64,000 nucleotides of DNA from Octopus bimaculoides (taxonomy: Eukaryota): positions 70,472,353 through 70,536,352 of the forward strand of contig NC_068985.1 in NCBI RefSeq assembly GCF_001194135.2, written 5' to 3'. Position 1 is the first letter of the stretch; each line of letters opens with the position of its first letter. The notes beneath the pieces are model-generated. The model was not told the origin of the DNA, did no database searches, and saw only the letters and a program-made list of their open reading frames with translations. Position numbers and translations under genes: made by a program. Of this stretch, positions 51,798 through 64,000 are shown piece by piece.

Positions 51798-54660
51798 ATA
51801 TACATTCATGTAAGCCAATGATTATTTTACCCGGCCGAAACTTCAGTCACTGTCAACACTATTCTTGTTAAAGAATAATAAATTTGTATTCTCAAACAGA
51901 ATGGAGTAACCCTCCACATTAACCTAAAATTGCTTTTAGTTATAACTGAATATAAAAACAAGCGAAGGTCAATCAATGAAGGTGACTCTAAAAAAAAAAA
52001 ACAGAAACATAGCATATATTTCAATATGCTTTCACTCTAATGCAAATAAAATTCTGGAATGATTCTGCAACTTTTCTTGGCTAATATATGACCCAGTAGA
52101 TTACCCTTATGTAGTAAACTCCTCAAAATATTGAACATTTCCTTTATTCTTCACAATTAGATAAAACAAGATAAAGTGATTCCATTGCCCCAACCATAAT
52201 TACAACATATCTGCCGAGAATCATATGTGCGAACAAATAAAGAAACCTCTACATGGTCGGTAGAAATATTAATAGAAATATTTTAAGTCACAATCTTCCA
52301 TGTTAAAGGGGAAAAGAGTTAGTTTATAGATTGAATAAAGTAGCTCAAGATACACTCAGACTGAAAACAGAGAACGGAAAGAGTGTCATGAGCATATCTA
52401 TGAGCAAAAGCTCATAGATATGCTTGGTCAATTTTGATTGTGAGCTAATCAAAGAAAGGTACCATCATCTCTGTCCTATAGATTTTGGTTCTTCTTTTTC
52501 TATTTGGCATCATAGAGTGTTGTAATAATACACAATCAAGACCTAGGAACTTTATTGGTGTTAGTGCACTACATAAAATACCTACGTGTGGCTGTGGTGT
52601 AGAAAATGTAACGACAGCCAGGTAAGACTCTTGAGAGCCACAAAATTGTCATGTGATGACTGCTTGAGAGTACAAGACAGCACTAGTAACACGCAGGATA
52701 TGACAGTAAGACGTCATATCCTACATGTTTCAGGCCATCGCATTGGAAACCTTAATCCACACAAAAGAAAAAGGAGAGGAAGAACGGGAAAATTATTTAG
52801 CAAAGTATTTCGATACTATATCGGCAGAAGCATCAAAGTGATGTGACATACTTCTAATGATGTTCCTGTGCTAATACGCCTATGAAATTTTTAGCCTTTG
52901 ATGTTGAACGTATATTGTATCCCTCTCGATATCCATATTTACTAGATGTTTAGAATTAGAAGAAACGTTAGAACAAATAGACAGAATATCTGAACTAATA
53001 ATATCAACTTTCCAGTTGAAAAACCTTGGCTATAAAGACTGAACATGCCTTATTGAGAAGGGAGGATGGAGTAAAAAAGAAGATGATAAAAGCTTCTCTT
53101 GCCTTATTCGACAAAATGGATATTCGACAAAATGCCCAGCGAAATTTATTTGGGCATTCAGCCTTCTGAAGTCGAATCAGGCCAATGTAACTTTAACTTT
53201 GATCCCCTAGCATCGATAAAGTGAAGTACTTGTTTTGGATGGCGAGTTGGTGATATGTCTTGTTTTATGAGAAGCTTTGTGGCATTTCTTTTAAACATTC
53301 TATGTTCTTAGGTAATAGAGTTAATTTGACGGTCAGTTTATCACCACCACCTGTTCCTTTATTGCCTTAATGGACTTTACTCGGATGCACGGTTTGGGAT
53401 CAGGTCTTATGATTCAGGATAATTTCCCCACATGTTCTAGCATTATCAGATGCTATGAAAACTCATGGATACTTCCCTTCAGTCCGTTACAAAGCACAAA
53501 TACAAAGATAGAGAGAATAAATGGGCAGGTATTGGCTCACCGAATGTAAATTTTTAATGAAAGAGTAGCAAGGCCATTTACAATTCTCGCCTACGAGAAT
53601 AAAATAATGAACGTATGAATGTCTACTAATTGACAAATACTAAATTTACCACAAAGATTTATCAAGTCAATACTGAAAATCATTCTAATACTCAAGCATT
53701 CTTCAGTTACATAAGATAAACGAGGTAACTATCTCAGTACAAGTATCACGCAATTTACTTTTGCTTACAGCCAGGTATCCATGATATAAAATTCTATTAA
53801 ATAGTATTGTGCGACGTAGGAAATAGAATACATTGAACTTTGTAAGAATGATTTAATTTTCATTTAAAACATTTTCTAATTGTAGATTTTCTAAAAACTG
53901 TCTCTCCAGCATGTAACCATTATACTAAGTGCCATTGGTTGTCATAGGCATTTGTGATAATTGGGATATAAACTGAAAGAAAATACTGCAACAAAATTAT
54001 AATTTACTTTGATTCTATGTTCAGCTTCAGGAAAGAAATGACATTTCTAATCGAGAGTCAGCAAAGGAAAAAGAGGTTTCCGATGTCAAAAGCAATAACA
54101 CGCCAATCTAAAGCCAGTGTGATGGCCACATTTTTGTTCCAAAGTTACAAGACATACTTCAAATCTAATTCAGATTCAAGAGAGAAGAAAGATTGTATTT
54201 CTGTGTTCTTGTAAGTTACATAGTTTCAATGACATTCATTGTTAATGGTCTGTGCTAAGAATTTGTTTGGAAGGTGTCAGGTGCCGGTATGGAGTAGCGT
54301 GCAGTGGGGCAATGGGGTGTGATGTGATGTAGTGTGGAGTGGCGTGTTGCTGCTGGTGCAGATAAACTGTTATGCTTGTTCCATGGTTAGTATTTGTATA
54401 ACGATCAGGATGTAGTGAGTATCAACAAGGTTAGTGGTAAATAACCAGTCACTTGACAGTAAATAACGCATACACACAGGCACGCACGCACACAAGCACA
54501 CACACATACACTTACAAAAGCACAAACGAACGCATACACATGCGTGCATGTTTATTTCATAAACTCTTTATTCCTTTGTGTTTGTGTTTGTGTATGTATG
54601 TATGTATGTATGTATGTATGTATGTATGTATGTATGCATGTATGTATGTATGTATGTATT

Positions 54661-54798
<138 letters not shown>

Positions 54799-55037
54799 TA
54801 TGTATGTATTTACAGATATGTATATATGTATGAATATATACATGTATATAAATATATTTATATGTATATACATATATATACATATATACGTATCTATAAA
54901 TACATACATATATACGCACACATATATATACATATACAAATACATATACACACATATATACACAAACACACATATACATGGATAAAGACGTTATGAAATA
55001 AACATACGCATGTATGTGTACGTAGGCATGTTTGTGT

Positions 55038-55113
<76 letters not shown>

Positions 55114-55459
55114 TTATATACGCCAATAACGAGAGTGATAGACAGGGGCACGATTAGGATACGTAACCAATCAGAATGTAAATTGCACTATTTGCCTTCT
55201 ATATCACCCAGATAGATTAGAAGTGGGATAATTTATATCTAAATATTGACAACTCATAACAACCACAAGAAACATGATGTTAACATCATTTGATTTCAGT
55301 ATCCTTGCTACTCCAACTGTTCTAGCCATATCTCTCCTCCTTTCTCTTCCTCATCCTCAACATTATCTTCATCATCATCACCACTAATAATAACTACATT
55401 AACCTGGTCAATTGCATTATATTCAATTATATGTATTTAATATTTCAAGGTGAAATACA

Positions 55460-55720
55460 CACCCATTCGCTCAAACCGCTCCTCTTTATAGCCATAAATT
55501 TCTATTTATTGACATTGTTTCACTCCATGATTATGCCGGCTTCGTTCGGCTGCTTATCTATGCAATTGCCTCATTCCTTGAGAAGTTGCGCTTTTATAAT
55601 CGGATTCCCTGTTCATTATACATATCAATTCATCATGCAGAGCAAGGGCTGTACTTCATTCCTAATGCTACTTGCCTTAATCGAATATCTTTGAGAAATA
55701 CTTCCTAACACGAATTACTA
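55460..55720 (+). mobile_element. Possible highly decayed CR1/L2-type LINE 3' fragment
   Basis: Broken frames ending ...CRARA / TSFIPNATCL resemble the SFxPRTxxLWNxLP end of CR1/L2 ORF2; the resemblance is weak. Confidence 0.3.
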
Positions 55721-56998
55721 ATGAAATCTCAATGTGGTTTCTCAACTTGCTAGTAATAACAGCCACATATCTTTCAAATAAGGTTGGATTATGCAATTTC
55801 AGATAATAAAATTACTGAATAGTTTTGTAATCGGGATATAGAATATATAAAAATACGCGATATTACTATTCATTACAAACGAAGCAAGCCCTATTTGGTC
55901 AGGACTGGCAAATAGAAAGCAACAACGGAGTTTTTACCCGCATTAAACCGATACTGTCAAATATGAATATAAATTAAAGTGTTAAGACATTGTGGTAAAA
56001 TGGCTTCTCTAAGAATAACAGCAGAAATAATTTTCTCAGGCTAAAATCACAAATCAGTATTTTATTTCACTACTTGCATCCTCTAAATCCATCCCCATAA
56101 TCTGACCGCAGCTTTCCAGCGGCGGTAAATATTAAATGATTTCTAGTATGGGAAACGGCCTCGAATTTGAGAATAGGTATATCAAATGTATTTGGTTGGC
56201 ACTTTTTTATCGATTTGTCAGAATGTAAAGAGACATAACTAAGCAGTTCAAAGCAATTATAAATATTACCTGATTTCCTTATTTTAATTTGAAATTATAC
56301 TTCCTCTTCAAATGAACTGTGTCTGTTTTATAGTAATTCAGCAAAACTGTTATAAGATTTCAACAGCCACGGATTCATATACGCAGTGGAAACTGCCACT
56401 AAACCTCCCGATCGAATGATGTCCATGGAACAGTAGTCTTGTATTGTTTTGATGGCTTTATATTAGTTCAAGACTGCGTCAGTGAATAAATTTGTGCTTC
56501 TCAGTTTTCTGTCAGATAATGTTGGCTATAAAATCCGACTTCTATCGTCACTCACTCTGCGGGGGTGTTTTGGCGTTTTATCTGCTGATGCGCAAATTTC
56601 AACTATGGCTACGGCATTTGAAGATATCAATCAAAGGAAAGCCGATTTGATAGTAATTTGTGAAAAAATGTTATGGGACATTTTACGACGTTGTCAGTGC
56701 TGTAGTGCTGTATAAAGCGTTGCCTAGGCGTAGGTGCAAAGTAGAATGCACCCGCAACGAGCCTCTAGCTGGATACTGTAGCCAGTGATAACGGGTTTGT
56801 ATAAGAACTGAATCATTTGATCTGTGGGATAATCAAGGCGGTGGGGACAATTCATTAAAAATGCTTTTATAAAGTATCTGCAACTGCCAGAAATCGGGAG
56901 AACCAGAAAGTCTTTACGTGGATTTGATCAGCTAGGTATAGCAGCCATATTTCCATCAAATCCCATATCTCTCTCTGAAATTGTGTAAGAATTGATAG

Positions 56999-57407
56999 AG
57001 GCGTGGTTGTGTGGTAAGTCGCCGGCTTCCTAACTACATGTTTCCGGGCTCATTCCCACTACGAGGCACTTTGGGCAAGTGCCTTATACTATAGCCTGAG
57101 CCGACCAAAGCCTTGTGAGTGGATTTGGTAGACGGAACCATGTGTGTGTATGTGCGTGTGCGCGTGTGTGTATGTGTGTGCGTGTGTGCGTGTGTGTGGG
57201 GGTGCATTTGTGCCCCCATCACCGCTTGACAGCTGATGTTGGTGATTTTACGTCCCCGTACCTTAGCAGTTCTAGTACCTAGAATAGGTAGTAGGCTTTA
57301 GAAACAAGTCCTGGAGCCGATTTATTTGACTAAACCCCTTCAAGGTGGTTCTCCAGCATGGCCGCAGTTAAATGACTGAAACAAATAAAAGAATAAAAGA
57401 AAAAGAA
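56999..57407 (+). mobile_element. SINE family A, full length
   Basis: ggcgtggttgtgtggtaag...gggcaagtgccttatactatagcc...gccgaccaaagccttgtgagtggatttggtagacgg...ctccagcatggccgcagttaaatgactgaaacaaataaaagaataaaag. Confidence 0.9.
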
Positions 57408-58809
57408 TAGACTTAGATTCATTATATGTAAAAATATAACCATGATGGTTTCGACTGGATTATAGCGGTTTTCGAGCAGCAGAAACATGGGACTAAAAGT
57501 CAGTTTCAGAAACTTCTTGGCTCTACAATACTATCAAAGGGCTCTACTTATCTTTTAGCAGTTATATAGACATGGTAGTATGTATGTATACATCATATGT
57601 GTGTATATGTGTGCGCGCCCGTGCGTGCATCGATGTGTGTTTGTATGTGTGTGTGTATATCTGTTAATATTGTAGAACACGTGAGAGAAGTAGTGGTGCA
57701 AAATGAAACCATCCTACGCGATCCGATCGATAATAGAAAAAGAAAAACAAAAAAAAAACAAAGACAGCACTACACATACATATTCTTTCTTATCCTCTTC
57801 ATCATCCGTGTCAGCTCGTCGTCGTCATCATCGTCGTCATCGTCGACTTATAGCACTTTATCGTAGTCTCCAGGGTCACAGAGAAAATATATAAAACAGC
57901 AACAGAACATTTTAGCTAACAACTGTTGAATGGCTAAAGCTTGATATAAATTCCACAAAAGGGACCACAATAAGAAAAAGAAATTACATTCATGCCAGGC
58001 AAAGAGCGTTGCCAACCGAAAGCTGAAGTGGTTTAACCCCTACATTGAAAGAAGTTCATTTCCATTTATTCTATTTTTTCTCCAGAACCCATGGTCTATT
58101 AGCTAAAATATATTTGGATCAATTACAAAATTTCTAATCAATAGACGCACATAGAAGTGAGACTTTCTACTAAAACATTACCATCATACTTCTCTTTATC
58201 TTGCTTTCTTATCCAGAATAGCTTCATGCTAGTTGCTGTTATTGTTTTTATGTAGGTTTTCTTGGATTTTATTTTTGCTTATATTTTCCGTTTGGTCTTT
58301 GAACGTGTGCGTGTGTAAGCGGAGCGCCTAGGTCTGTATACACACACAAACACATACACACACAGAAACACATATATATACATTTATATATACATACATG
58401 ACTACAAATATACAGTTATACTACATTTGTATGTGAGCTTGTGCGTGTGTGTATGTGTGTGTGTGTGTGCATATGCGTGTGCATGTGTACGTGTTCATAT
58501 GTTATTCATCGAAAGAACTGTGTCAAGAGTGTCTCCCTCCTATACACCTGTGTGACATTAGATGGAGTGTAGTCGTAATTACTCAGTTATTCTCTGAGTG
58601 AATGTGTCACTTGCAGACACCTACAGCTGTGTCACTAGCTCACTATAAAAACCTCTCCGACCGGAAGAAAAGAACGGCGATGCTAGTGAATGGACCAGTA
58701 AGTGCAGCTATGCAAGTGCTAATAGGCAAACCATGCTGCAATCATATGCTGAATTTTTTTTCCTCCTTTACCATTACGCATTCCATAAACCTGCTTATCT
58801 TTCCTACAA

Positions 58810-59590
58810 TGTATAAATCTCTTTCTTCTTTCTCTTTCCTTCTCTTTTCTTAATCACTCGTTTCACATTCTTTTTCTCTCTATCTCACACTAAATTACAT
58901 TCGTGTTTATACCATTTTCTTTGACATGACTCTTCGAATATTTCTCTTTTCTCTTATCTGCATCTCACTCTTCATTCATCTTCTCACATGTATGTCTTTC
59001 TATTCACCCTCTTTATCTTATCTTTCTCTCTCTTTCTCTCTCTCACTCTTGTTTCACGTTTTCATTCTTTCTTTTCCCTCTTATTTTCTTCTGTTTAACT
59101 CCTTTCATGTTATGTTTCATCTACCAAATATCTCTCCTTCTATTGCTCTTCACCTCCCTCTTTCACTCTTTATCTGTGTAGCTCTTTCTCTGTCTCTCGT
59201 TTTCTGCTTTTCCTCCGACTCTGTTTCATACCCAATCTTCTTTTCTCCGCCTTTCCTTCATTCAATTTCTTTCAATCCTTCATTCTGTCTTTCCTTCACA
59301 TTTCTTTTCTTGGTATATTCCATCGAAACATTTTTACATTTACTTTCTCTCAATATCCAATTATTTCCCGCTCTATTTTTCTCTTTTACTACTTCTCTCT
59401 GTCTATGCTTTAATTTTCAATTTTTTTCTCTCTATTTTAGTCCCATTTTCTTTTGTTAATTTCTTCTATCATTCTCACATCATTTCCCCCTCTGTCTTCG
59501 TGTAGTTTCTACCGCTCTCCCCATCTCTTCCTTTTCTCCCCCCACTCTTTCTCTCTTAAACATCCTCTTCCCACATTCCGTCTCTCTAGT
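58810..59590 (+). repeat. About 780-bp low-complexity polypyrimidine tract
   Basis: C/T-dominated with very few G on the + strand; source of the F/S/L-rich ORFs. Confidence 0.9.
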
Positions 59591-60022
59591 AATATTGCTG
59601 TAGCAGGTCCTGTTATATTGATCTGTAGCAGTGGGCATAGACGACAGCTATCTCAAGTAATTTATCTTAGGAAAGTATCACAGTCGGATATAGCCAGGGT
59701 GACTCTCCAGGCTATCACCGCAGAATCATTTGAACGCAGCATACAAAGACAATATTCAGTTTTGCCTTACTACCATTGCTTGAAGCAATGAAAGAGCCAT
59801 ATCTTGTGGTAACTTATCCTATGCTGTTTCCAGTTAGCTACAATGGCGCATTTGATACGTATCATCATAAAACAATGTCAGCATATGAAGTCCCAATTGT
59901 TTAACTGTTCACTATATTACAAACGCAGCTATTGATAAAGTAATGCATGTATCTCTGAATATTATTTTGATTAATATTACTGGTAACAGAGGTATAAAAT
60001 CTGTTACTATTCTTTTAAATTT

Positions 60023-60570
60023 GGTGAGCTGGCAGGATTGCGATCGGTGAAATAAGTACAAGTCATTACTGTGGTCGATGACTTTCCTCCCTTCAAAGAC
60101 TGCTGGCCCGGTGCTAAAATTTGAAACCATTGTTCAAAACGTGGTGAGCTGGCAGAATCGTTAGCTACCCATGCAAAATGATAAGCGGCATTTCGTCTGT
60201 CTACACGTTCTGAGTTCCAATACCTTGCCCTTTGCCCTTCACCCTTTCGGGGTTGGTGCCTTTAATCCTTTCGGGGTTGATGAAATAAGTACCAGTTGAG
60301 CACAATGTCGGTGTAATCGATTCACCCATGCCCCCGAATTTGTTGGCCATGTGCCACAATTCGAAACCACTATGTTAAAAGCGGTGAGATGGCAGAATCA
60401 TTGACGCATCTTTTGCAGCTTTACATATCTGAATACAAATTCTGCCGAGGTCGACTTTGCCTTTCATTAGTTCGGAGTCCATAAAATGAGTTGAATAGTG
60501 GGATGTATATAATCGATTAATTCCACTATCCTTCAACATTTCACGTCTTGTGCCTCAAGCAGAAAGAATT
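60023..60570 (+). mobile_element. SINE family C, three head-to-tail units
   Basis: Heads ggtgagctggcag at about 60023 and 60143 and ggtgagatggcag at 60383; the first two units end in aatt(t/c)gaaacca. Confidence 0.85.
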
Positions 60571-61423
60571 ATTTTCGGTAAGAAATAAAATAGAAACATG
60601 TTACATATGTTCAAACCCAATTTTTATTAGTTTCTTAAAATAAGACCATTCAGTAGCTTCTTGTATATGCAAAGGTCCCAAATATTCAGGAGAAGAGTAT
60701 AAAATTTATCAAATTGATTCCAATACATCAATGGTGCCTACGTTATAGAGGATGGTGATGTTGCTTGTGTGTGGTGGTGCGGGTGGGGGTGAAGGTGAGT
60801 GTGAAAGTCAACATTTGATGAATTCCTACACTGAATGCATTTCTGTATTTTTCTGTCAATTTACTGCATGTTGCCATTCTAGACAGCGTTATGTTTAGGT
60901 CTGCTTCATATACAGAAGATGTTTCTTTTTTTACTCTCTTACTCGACAAAAGTTTCTGTTTCTAACTAGATCCCACACAGCTGATGTGTATTTACCCTGT
61001 GGCCACATATATGTTTATAGAAGTGTAATTTGGCGGATTCTGAACACCAACTGAGATAACTCAGTAGGATATATCTAACTTCACCGTCTTAGCAATACAG
61101 TTGGTGTGTTGCTTCGAGCGTTATTTGCCATCGAGAGTGATACTTACATATTTTGTTTCCTAAATGTGTTCCAAATGTATTTCTTATGCAAATCGTATAT
61201 ATTAACTTGTGATTCATTTATTTTATTTCTTACTGCCATAACTTTACATTTCATAAGGTTACACTATCTTAACCAATATTTCTTCCAGGCTTTTATAGAA
61301 TCATAATTTTGTAGTCGTGAAAATCTTTAACGACTTAGGATTCTGACGATGTTGAAAATATAAGTAAAGATATGACAGTCAAAAGTTAATGCGTTTGAAA
61401 AATCTGATTGCGTAGAACCGTTT

Positions 61424-61500
<77 letters not shown>

Positions 61501-62168
61501 CGTCTCTCTCTCCCTTTTTCTCTCTCTGTCTCTTTTTCTCTCTCTCTTTCTCTCTCTTTCTGTCTCCCATATTCATATATGTATATGTGTGTATATACGT
61601 ATATATGTATTTATATGTTTATACACGTACATATATACATATAGACATACATATATTTGTATACGTATACATAATTACTGATATGCAAATATACATACAA
61701 GTACATACAAATATGTGTGTAGAATGTTTCACGCATACACACATAGAAATACACACACACACACACACACACACANNNNNNNNNNNNNNNNNNNNNNNNN
61801 NNNNNNNNNNNNNNNNNNNNNNNNNNNNNNNNNNNNNNNNNNNNNNNNNNNNNNNNNNNNNNNNNNNNNNNNNNNNNNNNNNNNNNNNNNNNNNNNNNNN
61901 NNNNNNNNNNNNNNNNNNNNNNNNNNNNNNNNNNNNNNNNNNNNNNNNNNNNNNNNNNNNNNNNNNNNNNNNNNNNNNNNNNNNNNNNNNNNNNNNNNNN
62001 NNNNNNNNNNNNNNNNNNNNNNNNNNNNNNNNNNNNNNNNNNNNNNNNNNNNNNNNNNNNNNNNNNNNNNNNNNNNNNNNNNNNNNNNNNNNNNNNNNNN
62101 NNNNNNNNNNNNNNNNNNNNNNNNNNNNNNNNNNNNNNNNNNNNNNNNNNNNNNNNNNNNNNNNNNNN

Positions 62169-62207
<39 letters not shown>

Positions 62208-62903
62208 ATTTACTTATTCTTTAAGTTTTTAATTCCAAATGTTGACACATTCGAAGATGATTTCAAAAGATTAGAGGATTAAGGAAAGTAAAGATAATGT
62301 AAAAATAAGAAATAAGGGATATATTTTGGTAGAATAACTTTTAAACAAGTGTTAAATAGAAAATGGAAGTTAGGAAGGGAATTCAAAAATCATTTTTGTG
62401 GCTTAGTGGAAAGAAAAATACCTTTTCTGAAAGGTCCCCGCTAGACTGGTGGTTAGTAATGAAGCAAAGACTTATGACTTAAGGGTTAATACAGTGCAAA
62501 GCGAAGCATTAAAGGTTCAAATTTTCCTCAGTCTGTAGGCAGTGTCAAAATGTTTGAAACAGAATTGCATCTTAAGAAAAACCACAACGTTAAGTGTTTT
62601 TTTTTTTTCTGTGAATTTGGTTGGTATATTATTTCAATCATCATAATAATTTGTGTACGTGATTCTTTAAATCTTCACTCGTTGTTTACTAAACATTCAA
62701 AGGAAATATTAACAACGACGATAATAACGATGATAATGATGATGATGGCTCCCTATTTCAGACAGTGATATTGACCATCAGATTTAGTCCTTACTCTCGA
62801 CACTTGTACATGACTACTACATAATAAAATCGATTCCGAAAGGACAAATAGCAAATGGACCGAAGCGGTCAACTTTTTCTTTCATCATTATTATTATTGT
62901 TAT

Positions 62904-63305
62904 AAGGCGGCGAGCTGGCAGAAACGTTAGCACGCTGGACGAAATGCTTAGAGGTATTTTGCCTGTCGTAACGTTGTGAGATCAAATTCCGCCGAGGTCG
63001 ACTTTGCCTTTCATCCTCTCGCGGTCGATAAATTAAGCACCAGTAAAACACTGGGATCGATGTAATCGATTATCCCCCTCCCACAAATTTCAGGCCTTGT
63101 TCCAATAGTAGAAAGCATTATTATTATTGTTATGAAATAGCGAAATTTTGTCCGTCTTAACGTTTGGAGTTCAAATTCCACCGTGATCGATTTTACTTGT
63201 CCCACTTCGACATCGTACTAATCAAGCACCGGGTTCCACGTAATCGACTAGCCCCTCCAACCAAATGTCAGGCTTTGTGCCTATAGTAAGTTTGATCATT
63301 ATGAT
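62904..63305 (+). mobile_element. SINE family C, two head-to-tail units
   Basis: aaggcggcgagctggcagaaacgttagcacgc...gccgaggtcgactttgcctttcatcc; a second degenerate unit follows an (ATT)n spacer at about 63118-63132. Confidence 0.88.
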
Positions 63306-63309
63306 CATT

Positions 63310-63700
63310 ATGGCCAACGAGTGGAGGGATATCACGGTAAAGGAAGACCTGTTCTTGGGTATAAAGGTAATTTGAAGCAATCACTAAAATGTTCACATCT
63401 GAACTTGACGTCTTTGGAAAGTCATTGCCTAGATCGATCTACATGGCGTAATATATGTCATGATGCATCAAAACAATTTGATACGAGGAAAAAGAGCAAT
63501 AAAATAACTATATACTGCAATCAACAGACACATTTGCCCAATCTCAGGCAAAATCAAAATCACCAATATCTCCATTGCGCCTTCATAGCAAAATCCATCC
63601 CGGGGCTCAAATTACATTCACGCATCAATCGCAAATAGATACTGCTTCTTTTCTTCTTTTGTTTTCAAGTGAAGTGAAAGCACCCTATAAAAATAAAACT
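63310..63700 (+). mobile_element. RTE-clade LINE 3' end
   Basis: GRPVLGYKGNLKQSLK...LESHCLDRSTWRNIC (GRPxxRYKDxLK...DRxxWR-like) and a terminal finger remnant HCAFIAKSIPGLKLHSR. Confidence 0.75.
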
Positions 63701-63701
63701 A

Positions 63702-63704
<3 letters not shown>

Positions 63705-63783
<79 letters not shown>

Positions 63784-63990
63784 GCCTGATGCAGTACCAG
63801 GCACTGGCTCTCATGGCTTCTGAGCTTAACTGATTGGAAGTGTTATCATGTATATTGTTTCGTCTTGGTATAAAAGATAGGTATATTGGGTATATTGATA
63901 GGGGTATTGGGTTTCGTATGTTTTACCCCAGTGTCACTTTGGTGGCATGCACTGTTCTCCCACTCAATAATAACAATAATAATAATAATT
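63705..63990 (+). mobile_element. (AAT)n array interrupted by a ~185-bp interspersed-repeat fragment
   Basis: (AAT)n 63705-63781; unique segment 63782-63965 (ggcctgatgcagtaccagg...ggcatgcactgttctcccactc); (AAT)n resumes at 63966. I recognise the insert as a recurrent octopus-type repeat but cannot name it. Confidence 0.55.
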
Positions 63991-64000
63991 CACCTCTGAA

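Noticed and set aside
52586-52846. 86-aa ORF with splice-like signals (gtaaga at 52622 and 52704; tttcag at ~52732)
   Set aside because: No recognisable domain; the alternative splice models were mutually inconsistent.
56482-56715. 77-aa ORF (TAFEDINQRKADLIVICEKMLWDILRR)
   Set aside because: Faintly resembles the LINE RT motif F.DL.KAFD.V....LW.IL but is too degraded to call.
59453-59791. 112-aa ORF after the polypyrimidine tract
   Set aside because: The first half is low-complexity, the remainder has no recognisable motif and no convincing donor.
60735-60801. G-rich segment ending in a strong donor (GAAG|gtgagt), MVMLLVCGGAGGGEG
   Set aside because: Weak acceptor, very short and low-complexity; cannot be distinguished from chance.

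Overview
Eukaryotic, AT-rich, microsatellite-saturated genomic DNA from a gapped draft assembly (17 N-gaps, most abutting simple repeats). The SINE families and repeat landscape look like octopus (coleoid cephalopod); this is inference from pattern recognition, not a database hit. I recognise no host protein-coding gene, rRNA, tRNA or CRISPR array, and most listed ORFs are microsatellite or N artefacts. The supportable content is a transposon graveyard: two Penelope-like RT/GIY-YIG elements, one hAT relic, five Tc1/mariner relics, three RTE LINE fragments, one R4/Dong-like LINE 3' end, and many copies of three tRNA-derived SINE families (labelled A, B, C here). The most interesting structures are inverted-repeat (dsRNA-forming) rearrangements: a mariner derivative built from two 5' ends, a 72-bp foldback inside another mariner, a Penelope with an inverted terminal repeat, and head-to-head SINE pairs. 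Also notable are an RTE ending in three C2H2 fingers, elements embedded in microsatellites, and several weak exon-like segments hinting at a + strand gene with very large introns. I did not find convincing evidence of a wholly new biological system.
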